In this document: in pieces, positions 1-12,024 of the stretch
Layout: each line of letters opens with the position of its first letter
Numbering within the stretch: position 1 is the first letter of the stretch
Origin: Octopus bimaculoides
Taxonomy: Eukaryota
Direction of reading: 5' to 3'
Length of the DNA: 64,000 nt
Assembly (NCBI RefSeq): GCF_001194135.2
Contig: NC_069003.1
Span: forward strand, 17,870,833-17,934,832
Program-made: the position numbers and the translations under genes
Notes under the pieces: model-generated
Databases searched by the model: none
Told to the model about the DNA's origin: nothing
What the model saw: only the letters and a program-made list of their open reading frames with translations

Positions 1-1560
1 ATCACTGTCATGGTGTCAGACACCTCTGAAATGGAAACGGTTGGCTCCATTATAAAGGAATATGAGTCAGTTGCAGGGGCCAAAATCAACACTGACAAGT
101 CCGTAGAATTGCAACTGGGCACCTGGAGAGGCAGATCGATGCCGTTGGATGCTGGACTGATGAAGCAGTTAAACTGCTCAGGGTCTGGTTTGGTCCAAGC
201 CTTCAGGTGGATAAGAATTAGGAAGAGGTGACGAATGGGGTGGCCTGTCTTACCCAGAAGTGGGCAGAGAGGAAGTAGTCTCTGAAAGGTTAGGCAGAGG
301 TGGCAAATGCCAGCATTCCCTCTGCTATTATTTATCATCTGACCGTTGTGTCTTGCCCCAGTTACTACTTGATTAGATTGGAGCGTATCCTGTTTATTTT
401 CTTGTGGAAGGGACATATTCCAATGGTCAGGTGGGTGGTCTGCTGCCAACTTCCTTTGCATGGTGGTTTAGACAAGCCATGGCTTTTAATGCATAGAGAT
501 GCACCCAGGTTGCGCCATCTGCAACAATTTCTAGAAGGTGAACGTGTATGAGCTCCATTTGTGAGACACACCTTTCCACAGCTTGTTTCCTTGACGGAGC
601 TGCAGTCCTGGGTAAAGGATAAGCCGAGACTTTTTTTAACAATCATTCCATCTTCTGTAAACCCCAATGCATTGTCTGTCTTTGTATTGTCCCCCTCATC
701 TTTCACCCTGGTGGCAAATAAAATAAATCATTATTATTATTATTATTGACATTGACACCAGCACAAACACGGACAACAACAGCAACAAACCAAACGTCAA
801 TGGTTTCACCTTGGCAGCGAAGCAAACTAAAGAAATTATTGATTTAACAATTAATGAAATAGAAACTGCAAAGGGGTTGTTTAGGAAGGAAGAAAACAAT
901 GTCTTCCTTAACATCCCTCAAGAATTGATAAAGGAGACAAATCAAAAAAACGGTCATATACAGGACATTGAATATAAAGTGAAAAAAAAGGGTAGAATGA
1001 GCCACTGAACACTGCCCGTTTGGGATAAACTTTACAGGCACGGCTGTTCCATCAGCCAGGCCTGCCCAAGGTGTGTGCAGAGCAATGAAATCATTTTGCA
1101 CACCCTCGTCCAGTGCCCGAGCATTGCTGACCTGTGGGTTTACGCCGAACACCTGCTGTTGCATGTAGGACAGATCTGGCTATCAGCTGAATCCATAGTG
1201 AAGATTGCCCCACCGCCTTCTTTTGGTCGGGAGAGGCAGGCAATTTCTATTTGTCTGGTGGCTTAGCAAAAGAGGTAGTATGGTGGACTTTTTTGAAATG
1301 GCTGAAGTCAGACACTTTCCTCTTAGGCCAAGCCCTCATCAACTTCTCCAAGTTTCACTTGAAGAGGGAAGTGTTGCCTTCTAAGAAGTTTATTGAAAGA
1401 TGGATGAATCTTGGAAGAAAGGTCAGTGTGAAAGGACCAATTCTGAGTATACACCTGTAAAAATAAAAGAAAGGCTCTTGCCCTGTTGATCAGGCACCTG
1501 TGGCTTTTGTGAGTTTTTCTTGTTGCATGTCCTTTTATGTTTGTTTATATTAAATAAAAG
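1..1560 (+). mobile_element. Decayed L1/Tx1-like non-LTR retrotransposon, 3' part (RT C-terminus and Cys-rich domain), interrupted by an insertion at about 630-1005
   Basis: Broken frames read YESVAGAKINTDKS, LERILFIFLWKG...GGLD and CPRC..E...HTLVQCP; the A-rich 3' end is near 1550. Confidence 0.7.
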
Positions 1561-1571
1561 AATAAATTATT

Positions 1572-2117
1572 ATTATTGAGTGAGAGAGCAGTGCATGCCA
1601 TCAAAGTGACACTGAGGTAAAATATATGAAGCCCAGTATACCCATCATGACTACCCATCTGATAAGGGTACACCAGGCGCATGCATCACAAGCATATGTG
1701 CGCGACATAGTGATCTCATATCAAGATAAACATGACCTTGCTGGTGGGGTTCAGTTAGAATTTTCTTCAGGTTGAGTAGTCCATCCCGCTCAAAAGGTCC
1801 CTGAATAAGGGTTGTTTAAGGATGTTGAACCAAACACCCATGTTTCCAAAGGTGAATTATCCAAACCCCAAAGAATTCCTCTCAACACATGGCTATGATG
1901 CTCCCCCACTATTTCTGCTTGTGATCAGAGTTGTAGATATCATCAGCCACTAAGGGATATACTCAACTGGTTAAGTTTGAGCAACTGACAAGCAAATCTG
2001 TGGTATTGAGCAGAATATTTGCTGTAGCCCATCCTTCACACCAAGACAAAACATGTACATGATAAAACTTCCAATCAGTTAAGATCAGGAGCCATGAGAG
2101 CCACTGTTCAGGATATT
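1572..2117. repeat. Non-coding interspersed repeat bounded by (TTA)n runs
   Basis: Flanked by ttattattatt tracts and resembles a common cephalopod TAA-associated repeat; recognised from memory only. Confidence 0.4.
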
Positions 2118-3800
2118 TATTATTATTATTACTTTATGTTTGACTTTTGCTTTGCATTTGTACAAGTTGGCTCCAAGTCTCACCCAGAGACCTCAAGAGA
2201 CAACAAGTTAGAAGTTCATGTTGGTGTTATGCCTAGGGTGCNNNNNNNNNNCAGAGACCTCAAGAGACAACAAGTTAGAAGTTCATGTTGGTGTTATGCC
2301 TAGGGTGCCATATATTTGGTTTTGTACATAGTATTGTTCTAGAGAATGTTTAAGAAATCATAAGAAAATTATGTTTGTTTTAAAATTTTAGATTACATAG
2401 ACTGTATTTTACGTAGGATATGGGCAGTTCTTATGAGCACTTTCTTTTGAATTTCTGTCATTTTGGGATTTCCTGGTATCTGACCTAGGTAGCAATCAGC
2501 TCCTTTTTCTATCATTCCTAGGGCACCTATGACAACAGGTATTGTTTTAGTCTTCAGGTTCCACATATTGCCAATTTCTATTTCAAAATCTTTATACTTG
2601 CTCAGTTTTTGGTAGGTCTTGACAGATACGTTTATATCGATTGGTACAGTCATATCAATGAGGAGGCATGATTTTTGTCTGAAGTCTTTCAATATAATGT
2701 CTGGCCTATTTGCATCTGTCTTCCTGTCAGTTTAAATGGTGAAGTCCCAGAGAAGTGCGATGTGATCATTTTCAAGCACTGGGGGTGGTTTGTGTTCCCA
2801 CCAGTTTTTATCATGGTGCAGGTCCAGGTTTTTGCAAATTACCCAGTGAATATATTGTGCAGCTCTATCATGCCTGTTGAGATACTCTGTAGGTGCAAGA
2901 AGACTGCACTTGGAGACAACATGATCAATGGTTTCATTTTGTTGTTGACATACACGACATGTTGAGAAGCTACCATTCTTTAATATGTTGGCCTGGTAGT
3001 TCCTTGTAGGTAGGCATTGATCTTGAGCTGCTATGATAAATCCTTCTGTTTCTGATTTTAAGCCAGAAGCCATTAGCCATTGATGAGTAAGAGGTTTTTG
3101 TTGCCATTTATCAGTAAGAATATCTAAGGTAGCAATTTTAGCACAGGTTTTCATATGCTTAGCTTTTTCTCTGCTTGTTTCTAGTACATCAAATTCTGGA
3201 ATTTGTATTTGGAATTCACTTATATATTCCTTTGCCTGTTTTGTTACTGAGTATGATGCTTTCTTGTTTTCATGTTTTGAGACAAGTTTTAGCATCCAGT
3301 TTTTCAGGTAGGTGTCTAGGCCAATTGTGGCATTCTTCATTGTTAATGCCAGCTGTAAAAGTCCACGGCCTCCCTCTTTTCTTGGTAGATAAAGTCATTC
3401 TATATCTCCTTTAGGGTGGTGCATTCTATGCATTGTCAACAATTTTTGTATTTTTCTGCCAAGATTACAGATTTCAGTAATTGACCAGTTAACGATATTG
3501 AAACTGTAAGTCACGACTGGTATGGCTAAAGTATTGATCACTTCAATCCTGTTTCTTGCATTCAGCTCTCTCTTTAGTATTGCTCTCACCCTGCGATAAC
3601 ATTCTCTTCTGATCCTTTTCCTCATCACTGAATGTTTGATTCTGTCCCCTTCAAATACCCCTAGGTATTTGTAGCTCTCTGCTGGTTCTAACTCTTTTAT
3701 GACATTTTGCTGGTCACGGTTAACGTTAGATGTTTCTATCATTTTTCCTTTGATAAAAGTAGCTTTTGCACATTTTATAACCATATTGTACATCATTAAG
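2118..3800 (-). mobile_element. 5'-truncated R4/Dong-like non-LTR retrotransposon (RT C-terminus, CCHC finger, restriction-like endonuclease)
   Basis: ORFs 3395-3796, 2732-3340 and 2393-2692 give CRVC...ETIDHVVSKC, RHD, LWDF, RPDI...CLLIDMTVP...KLSKY and IPVVIGALG. The 3' end abuts (TAA)n. Confidence 0.85.
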
Positions 3801-4320
3801 CAATTTCAAGAGAGGTATTCAGGCTAGACAAAAGAGGAGTGGTGATAGTGAGTCACCCTGGAAAATGCCACATGAAATTCTTACATCTCCAGCATTAAGA
3901 GATTCATTGTCACTGTTCAAAGTGTGGTTCTCCATGATCTCATACTTACAGACAAAAAGTTTCTCAGAGTAGGAGCTATTTTATACATTTCCAGACATTT
4001 CTTAATTCAGCTATGTGGTAGGCTATCAAAAGCTTTTTTATAGTCTATCCAGGCTATTGACAAGTTTTTGTGTTGTTTGTGACAATCTTCCAGAATCTTA
4101 CATGCTGGACAAAATACTTAGTAGCATTCATCCATCTTTACATTCTGAGTTCAAATTCTGCTGAGGACAACTTTGCTTTTCATGTTTTTCAAGGTCGATA
4201 AAATAAGTACCAGTTAAGTACTGGGATCAGTGTAATCAACTAGTCCCCTGCCCTCTCCCATCCCTCAAGACTAGATCTTTTTGACTATAGTAGAAACAAT
4301 TATTTTTTTTATTATATTAA

Positions 4321-4530
4321 GGCAGCAAGTTAGCAGAATCATTAGTTTGCCAGACAAAATGCTTAGCAATATTTCTTCTGACTGTACATTCTCAGTTTAG
4401 ATTCCACTGACGTTGATTTTGGCTTTCATCCTTTCAGTGTTGATAAATTAAGTACCAGCCAAGTATTGAGGTCAGTGTAATCAACTAGCACCCTCCTCTA
4501 AAATATCAGGCTTTGTGCCTATAGTAGAAA
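4321..4530 (+). mobile_element. tRNA-type SINE, family A (related copies near 4090-4270 +, 5550-5730 +, 5740-5880 -, 10780-10990 -, 33325-33535 +)
   Basis: Recurrent consensus gagctggcagaatcgttagc...ttctgagttcaaattcc...tttcatcc...gataaaataagtacc, with a B-box-like GAGTTCAAAT. Confidence 0.7.
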
Positions 4531-6030
4531 GAGTTATTATTGTTACATAGAAGAGTGCAATATGATTTGTAATAAAAAGAGATTGACTCTATTGAACTGA
4601 GCAATATTTGGGCAATATGTCTGTCTTCCTCAAGTGAAAAATAAAAAAATTTGAACAAGAATATCTTGCATTTCTTTTTAGATAAAAAGACATCAATCAG
4701 TTTTTGCATTTTCCTAACTGGTAAGAAAGAAAAGGAAAAAAGAAACCATGAAAAAGAATACTTAATCAAAAATTTATGTGGAAATGTAATGAAATTCTCC
4801 TGTCATTTCATTCATTCCTCTAGGGTGTGACTTTTTTAATTCACAAATATATTTATCCTCATGTGTTTTGAGGACTGCAAATGCAGTGGAATGAGAATAT
4901 TTTCTGAAAATTTACAGCTGTTTGGTGTAAAATGTTTTAATGAATCATAATTAAAGGACATTACAAATGATATAGCTTAAATTAGTAAGGAAAGTTAAAC
5001 TTTCACATCTAAATTTAACTGTCAATATGAAATTTAGGACTGAATTCTTTTGGTGATTAACTGGCACCAAAATTTCACCAACCTTTGAAAAGTGTTGCAG
5101 GAAAGTTACCAGCTTTTTCCCCCAAAAAAAATTCTAATTTCAAACAAATATTTCTTTGAAACTAGACAGAGCAGTTTTTCACCCAAGATATTTTCTCAAA
5201 AAAAAATTGTTCCAAAGAGTGGAATGTAAAACACACTACACAAGTGGTGGTCATTAATTAGACTTGAGACTAATTTGAAATATCATCACACTCTCTGTCT
5301 GTCCCTGTCTCTACTTTCAAGGGTTTCTTCAAGTGCTATGAAGCAAGGCTGTGTGTAGTCAATTGGATAGACCACCCACTTTTAAACCTACGTCTATTAC
5401 TGATACTAGTTTTAGGGTTACTAAAGCAGAGTAGGGGGAAGACAGGAACGATGGCTGGTTGGAAGATAAACTTGACCATTAATGGAATTTCAATCCTTGA
5501 TAGAACGTGGTAACAAGGATAATAATATTAATTAGTAATGCAAAGCAGTGAGTTGGTAGAAGTATTAGCATGTCATACAAAATGTCTAGCAACATTCCTT
5601 CCAGTTTTGCATTGTGAGTTCAAATCCCACTGCAGTCAGCTTTGCTTTTTATTCTTTCAGGGCCACACTAGGATCAATGTAATTGATTTCCCACTACCCT
5701 CAAAATTGCCAGCCCTGTGCCAAAATTAGAAAGAATATTAATTAGTAATGGATTAGCAGAAGTATTGAAGTGCAGGACAGCAGGCCCCTTACGTTCTGAG
5801 TTCAAATCTTGTCGAGGTTGGCACTTTTTGACCCTTCCTGTTTTTGGAGGGAGATCAATAACACAAAATATCAATCATGTATTAGAAAGACAATAAAAAT
5901 ATAACAGAACTATTAACCTCTTATCCCCATAAAAACTCCATTGGAGTTTCAGAAAAATAGCAGCAAGAGAGGTAAGACCTGTTCATTGTTGCTTGCATAA
6001 CAAAAATTAAATTAAAAATTCAGTGGGACT

Positions 6031-6340
6031 AAGTATGATATATGTATGATATAAGTATGATATAAGTATGATATATGTATGATATATGTATGATATAAGT
6101 ATGATATATGTATGATATAAGTATGATATAAGTATGATATAAGTATGATATAAGTATGATATATGTATGATATAAGTATGATATATGTATGATATAAGTA
6201 TGATATAAGTATGATATATGTATGATATAAGTATGATATAAGTATGATATATGTATGATATATGTATGATATAAGTATGATATATGTATGATATAAGTAT
6301 GATATATGTATGATATAAGTATGATATAAGTATGATATAT
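6031..6340. repeat. 11-bp minisatellite (gtatgatata[a/t]), about 28 copies
   Basis: Direct inspection shows two unit variants that differ at one base. Confidence 0.97.
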
Positions 6341-6911
6341 GGCACAATAACAGTAGTTCAACAGAACTTGCTAAACATTTTACATCAAAAGGTTGTAATT
6401 TGAGGAACACCTGAAAGTACACATTCTCAGAAAATATTCTGACTCCCCTGCACTTTCAGTCCTTGAACACATGAGGGCAAATATATTTGAGAATTACTAA
6501 TGTTACACCTTGGAGGAACAAACAAAATGACTGGAGAATTCCTTCACATGTACACTAAACCTTTTGGTGTTGTCTTTACTGTTTTCTTTTTCTTTTTCCT
6601 TCTCACCAGTTATAAAAAAGCAAAAAAACTGACAATATCATTTTATCTGAGAAGGAATTCAGACTGTCCCAGTTCAGATTTTGAATTTCTGTTTTCTACA
6701 TATTTTTTCATTTTCCACTTTGAACCTGGGGAAAACATACATAGTGTCAAACTATTGTTCAGTTCAATAAACAGAGTCAATCTCTATTATAAATTGTATC
6801 ATGCTCTTCTTATTGTGTATTTACCTTCGTGAAGAGTTGTTGTTGTCAATCTTCATAAATTATAGCTGTTGTTGTCTTCCACTTGTGATGATTTATTAAA
6901 TTTACTTGCAG

Positions 6912-7014
6912 TGAACTTCTTGACAAAGTCCAAGCAGAGTTGCACCATCTTGGTTATATCAACAGATCTCAAGATGTTGTCACAGATACATTCCAGGGGG
7001 AATTGGTCAGTGAG
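6912..7014 (+). CDS. USP44/USP49: USP44/USP49-like ubiquitin-specific protease, first coding exon visible in the window ((C)ELLDKVQAELHHLGYINRSQDVVTDTFQGELVSE)
   Basis: Acceptor tttacttgcag ends at 6911 and donor gtgagt starts at 7015. The 103 nt are 1 nt + 34 codons. The translation matches the CELLDK...IFHGQLLSQ segment of USP44/49 and joins the next exon in phase 0. Confidence 0.88.
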
Positions 7015-7663
7015 GTGAGTTCTATATTCCTTTACCTGTTATCACTACCTTTAATGTCACTGAACCCTTAATAGTCCTGTACCCACAACTAATCACAATT
7101 GCCACCACCAGGCCCTGAACTGCACATGACTGCAGTCCAAAAAGTGTTGTGGTTGTTTTAGGCACTCTTCTGTGTCAGAAACTAAGTTCAAACCCATTTT
7201 AGAAAGAACTGCCTGTTGAAAACCATTTCCTGGTGACACCGTGTGATGAGATGAATATAATGAATGAAGAACAAGGGTTGAATGGTGACCAGTGATAAAT
7301 ATAGATTGGAGGAAATTTAGGGTGACTAGGAAATGACTGACAGTACAGAAAAGGGTGAAGAACAGTGGAATAGTAATAGAAATTAATTAAACAGGATGAA
7401 AGTAGAGAAAAGGAAATGATGTGGGAGAGGAAAGGAGGTTGCAGGGGTGTGAGGGGAGAGACAGAGCAGTGCATGAGGAGGGAGAGAATTTTGGTGGTGG
7501 AGAGGGAGTGAAAATTTGGTGGCACAGAAAGTCTGAGAAAATCAAGGTAATATTTGATTAAATAGGTACATAATATCCTACAAGCCCAACTATTCTCAAT
7601 TTCCAAGCATCTTTAAGAAATTATTTGTGAATTTCTTTGAATTTTTTCCTCAGTGAATTTCTT

Positions 7664-7667
<4 letters not shown>

Positions 7668-7719
<52 letters not shown>
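7668..7719. repeat. Poly-T tract of about 50 nt
   Basis: Direct inspection. Confidence 0.95.
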
Positions 7720-7720
<1 letters not shown>

Positions 7721-9103
7721 ACTTCCAAGTATCATGGCAGTTACTATTTCAAGCAGTGAGTTAAAATTTTGTGATGTTATTTATTAATCATTTACAGATT
7801 GAGAGTACTTTTCCTGAAAATTCTGGGATTGAAAGTGTTGCAGATTTTGGAATATACTATATTTGCATCTATAAAATGCGACAGCTTGGAGATGGGACCC
7901 AAGTGTAAATGCATAATGTAGCTTATTTGTATACCTTGAATGTTGTCACTATCATCAACATTTAACATTTTCCATGCTGGCATGGGTTGGACGACTTGAC
8001 AAAACTTGGCACGGCTAGGGACTGCACCAGGTTCCATAGCCTGCTTTGGTTTGGTCTCTATGGTTGGATGCCCTTCCTAATGCCAATCACCATATAGAGT
8101 GTACTGGGTGCTTTTTACATGGCACCAGCACCCACACCAATGCTTTTTATGTGGCACCTCGGTTTTAGGATCTCAATTCTGTTGTGGTGGGAGTACTGCA
8201 ATGCACCACATATCTTGGTCCTCTATCATCTTCTTCATAAGGCTCAGCATTTTGTGATTGGCCTTCAATACTTTGTCCCGTATCTTCTTGGGTTGCCACC
8301 CAAAGTAAAATAGGTAAAATATCAGTCTCCACCTACGATGTCATGTTTTGATTTAGAGGTTACTGTACATATACACAATTTGTATTTTGATTTTATGTAA
8401 GGTATAAAAACAAAGCATTGAACATGATTACAGGTAAATAAAATGAAAACTAAAATAGAAATCAGCATTTTATTTTTAAAGTGATGTACAATTAATGACA
8501 TATGGAATTGTGTGGCATGTCATGTCAGGATTTAAAAAACTTTGGGATTTGGGAATTTCAGATAAAGGATTTTCAACTTGTATTTTTTAGTGAGTTTAAG
8601 GCAGTGAGCTGGTAGAATAGTTAGCAGGCTGGGCAAAATGCTTAGTGGCATTTCAAGGGTTGGGTGATGACCAATGATAAATATGAATTGTAGGGAAGTT
8701 GGGGGAGAATAGGTAATGATTGACCATACAGAAAGGGTTGAAGAGCAGTGGAATAGTAATAATACAGTTGATGAGATAAAAGCGAGAAAAGGAAATGATG
8801 TGGTAGAGGAGGGAAGGTTGCAGGAGTGTCAGGGGAGAGACATTGTGCATGGGAAGGGTGAGAGAGATATGGTGGTGGAGAGGCGTTGAAAATTTGGTGG
8901 CACAGAAGGTGGTGGGGAAACGAGGTAATATTTGATTAAATATGTACATAATATCCTATAAGCCCAATTCTTCTCAATTTCCAAGTATCTTTAAGAAAAT
9001 AGACTTCTTTTTGCACTTTTGTTTTTGAGTTACAAAGATTTGTCAGCTTATATCCACTCTCATGATGTTCATCCACAAGTTATATTTCTTTCTTCTGTTT
9101 TAG

Positions 9104-9236
9104 ATAACATGTTTGTCCTGCGAACAGAAGTTTCAAACCTATGAACCATTTATGGATTTATCTCTTGAGTTTCCATCTCGCTACCAGAGAAAGTCTCCGA
9201 ACTGGAAGATTGCCAGTAATGTTTGTCATATAACAG
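9104..9236 (+). CDS. USP44/USP49: USP44/49-like exon (ITCLSCEQKFQTYEPFMDLSLEFPSRYQRKSPNWKIASNVCHIT)
   Basis: ttttag acceptor and gtat donor; 133 nt. Contains a CxxC zinc motif and EPFxDLSLEFP, characteristic of USP44/49. Confidence 0.93.
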
Positions 9237-9759
9237 GTATATATCATCATCATCCTCATCCTATGTTTGCGTTTCCCTGCTGGCATGGGTTGGATAAATT
9301 TTCTGAGGCAGTTTTATGATCAGGTGCTCTTCATTTCATCAACATTTGTAGTCATCTTTTATAATATACAAGGATAGCATGTGCCTATTTTAAAACCATG
9401 ATACACACGTTATATATTATCATCATCATCGTTTAATGTCTGCCTTCCATGCTTGCATGGGTCTGTATGTATAAAACAAATTAGGTTACAACAATGAAGA
9501 CATGCAACAGTTGGAACAAACAATAAAACATCCTTTATCAGTTGTCTTTTTAGGGATTTCTGCAGTTTCAATGCCATACCCTACTGGCATAAACAACCTT
9601 CATATCCATTTATGATACTGATGCACACTGTGTCTCTCTTTCATGTGCCATGACCCTCACACCTGTCCATACTTGCCCTTATAAATTAGGATAACACTGA
9701 ATTCCTCTACACAACCTGCCTCATTGCCTTTAGCACTTCTTATTTCTTTACTGCCTACA

Positions 9760-9937
9760 GGGGGCTACACACAGAGGAGACAAACAAGGACAAACAAATT
9801 AAGTCTATTATATCGACCCCGAAAGTATGAAAGGCAAAGTCGACCTCGGTGGAATTTGAACTCAGAACGTAGCGGCAGATGAAATACTGCGAAGCATTTC
9901 AACCAGTGTGCTAACGTTTCTGCCAGCTTGCTGCTTT
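9760..9937 (-). mobile_element. tRNA-type SINE, family A, well preserved copy
   Basis: The reverse complement reads gcaagctggcagaaacgttagcacactgg...acgttctgagttcaaattccaccgaggtcgactttgcctttcatactttcggggtcgat. Confidence 0.75.
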
Positions 9938-11955
9938 TACCACTTCTATCTCTCCCTTTCTCACTAACACTTATCCCTTTATCCTTTCACCTGTTCCTTT
10001 CATACTCTCTTCCTCTATAGTGTACATTCTGTTACTCTTTAGTCTCCCTTGTCTACTCAGCTACAATCATATTCTATTCTTCTTTCAGTCATAGATTCCT
10101 TCTAAGCTCTTTTGTCTTGTGAGTTGCAAGGTAACCTCAGTAGTGCTGGTGCCATGAAAAGCACCCAGTGCACTGTGTAAATGGACTGGTGTTTGGAAGG
10201 GCATCCAGCCATAGAAACCATGTCAAAACATTGTAGCATAATGTAGTCTTCTGACTCATCTGAGTCTTGTCAAACTGTCCAACCCATACCAGCATTGATG
10301 ATGAGCAAGACAACAATCCTTTTACATCCTTTATCAGTTTCAGTCATTGGCTGCAGTCATGTTTGGATACCATCACGGAAGATTTTAGTTAATTACATAA
10401 TTCAAGTATTATAAACTTTCATTGACCTTGGTACAGACGGAGGAGGAAAGATAATGTGGAGTCAATCCAAATTCAAAACTTTGGATTGATAGAAAGATTA
10501 ATGGACCGAATATTATAGATCAGAGGAAAACAGGATGATTGTAGTGAGTTCCAGAGTGTAACAGTTTGAAGAAAGAAGCTATTAGAATAAAAAGACTTCT
10601 GACTTACAGGAAGCTCAACAGAGAAGAGAAGCAGATGGCATGATTAAAACTCTTGACAGAAGGTTCTAGACCAGAAAGTTCATCCAGAACAACTATCATG
10701 GTAATACTTATAGAAAAGAAAAAGGCACAATGATGGTACATTTCTATGATGAGCCAAGGCACCAGCCTAAAAATGACAGCAATATTGAATGCAAGGTATA
10801 AGGTGATCGACCAGAATTGTTAGTATGCCAGGCAAAATGCGTAGTAGCATTTTATCTGTTGTTACATTCTTAGTCCAAATTCCACCCAGGTCAACTTTAC
10901 CTTTCATTCTTTTGGGGTTGATAAAGTAAGTTCCAGTTAAATACTGGGGTTGATATAATTCACTTGTCCCCTCCCCCAAACTCACTGGACTTGCACCAGT
11001 ACAAGTGCTTGGTACCTGGCGTCGGCATGAGTGCTTTTTACGTATTCATCTGACGTTTATTGTTTCGCAATTGTCTACAAAAGATGACTCAAAATTTGTT
11101 GTTACTTTAGAGAAGAAAAGTAAAAATCAACAAAAGCTCTTTAAAGATCTTGTTTAAGTAATTTATTTATTTTTATTGTGATGGTCTACGACAGAGGTAC
11201 CACTGGAAACTTCTTGATTGTTCAGTGTTATGTAGGATAGGTCAGTTTGGCTTGAACAGTGATGGCATACTCTAGCACAGGCATGCTGCAAAATAATGAA
11301 TTACTACATAGTTTGTTAGGGTGTTGGATTCACAATTATAATGGTAGGTTAATTTCCTGGACCAGGTAGTGTGTTTTGTCCTCGAGCAAGGTACTTCATT
11401 TCTCACTGCTCGTCTGCTGTACTCAGTTTGTTCTTCAGCAAGCAATCAGTTCATTTCCTATTGCTCTAGTCGTCAACTCAGCTGAAATGAGAACCAGCTG
11501 AGCACTGATGTAATTCTTTCTCCCTCCTGCTGTAACATTTTGAATGTTCTGCTACATCAACAATGCAAGGCCTAACAGGGCATCCATGTCTGCTCACAAC
11601 TACATAGGCACCTAAAACAATTAGTAAAAGCATGATACATACTGCAAATCATCCTCACTTGGGGAGCACAGTTGTAATTAGTATTAATTCTTATCTACTT
11701 TGAGTGTAACCTTTAGATCTTCAAAAACCACTTCAACTCTAACAACCACATTGTTCAGTAGGTTATGGGATTAAGTCTTGTAAAATTACAATAATTTTTT
11801 ATAATTTTCCTTTGTTTACAATTTAATATTTTGATAACTTTCTTCTTTGAGATATGGTTTATTGACTCACCTTTTTTGGATCCAATGAAATTTCAATAAT
11901 GTTAAAATGTCTTTTACAACACTATTTTTTTACATTTTTTTTTTTACTTTTTCAG

Positions 11956-12024
11956 AAATGCTTTCCCATTTCACAAAATCAGAACGTCTGGATGGCAGGA
12001 TATATGCTTGTGATTCTTGTAATG
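11956..12024 (+). CDS. USP44/USP49: USP44/49-like exon (EMLSHFTKSERLDGRIYACDSCN)
   Basis: tttcag acceptor and gtgagt donor; 69 nt, phase 1/1. Matches EMLAKFTETEALEGKIYxCDxCN and supplies the second CxxC. Confidence 0.93.

Noticed and set aside
2184-2308. 57-bp direct duplication
   Set aside because: The two copies flank a 10-N gap, so this is most likely overlapping contig ends.
3975-4075. Possible upstream USP exon (FLNSAMW...GY)
   Set aside because: In-frame stops, no QQDAQEF motif, and no phase-2 donor. The earlier USP exons are probably upstream of the window.
6007-6422. Three ORFs of 110-136 aa with HTYIILISY repeats
   Set aside because: They are translations of the 11-bp minisatellite, not genes. 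The array has no spacers, so it is not CRISPR.
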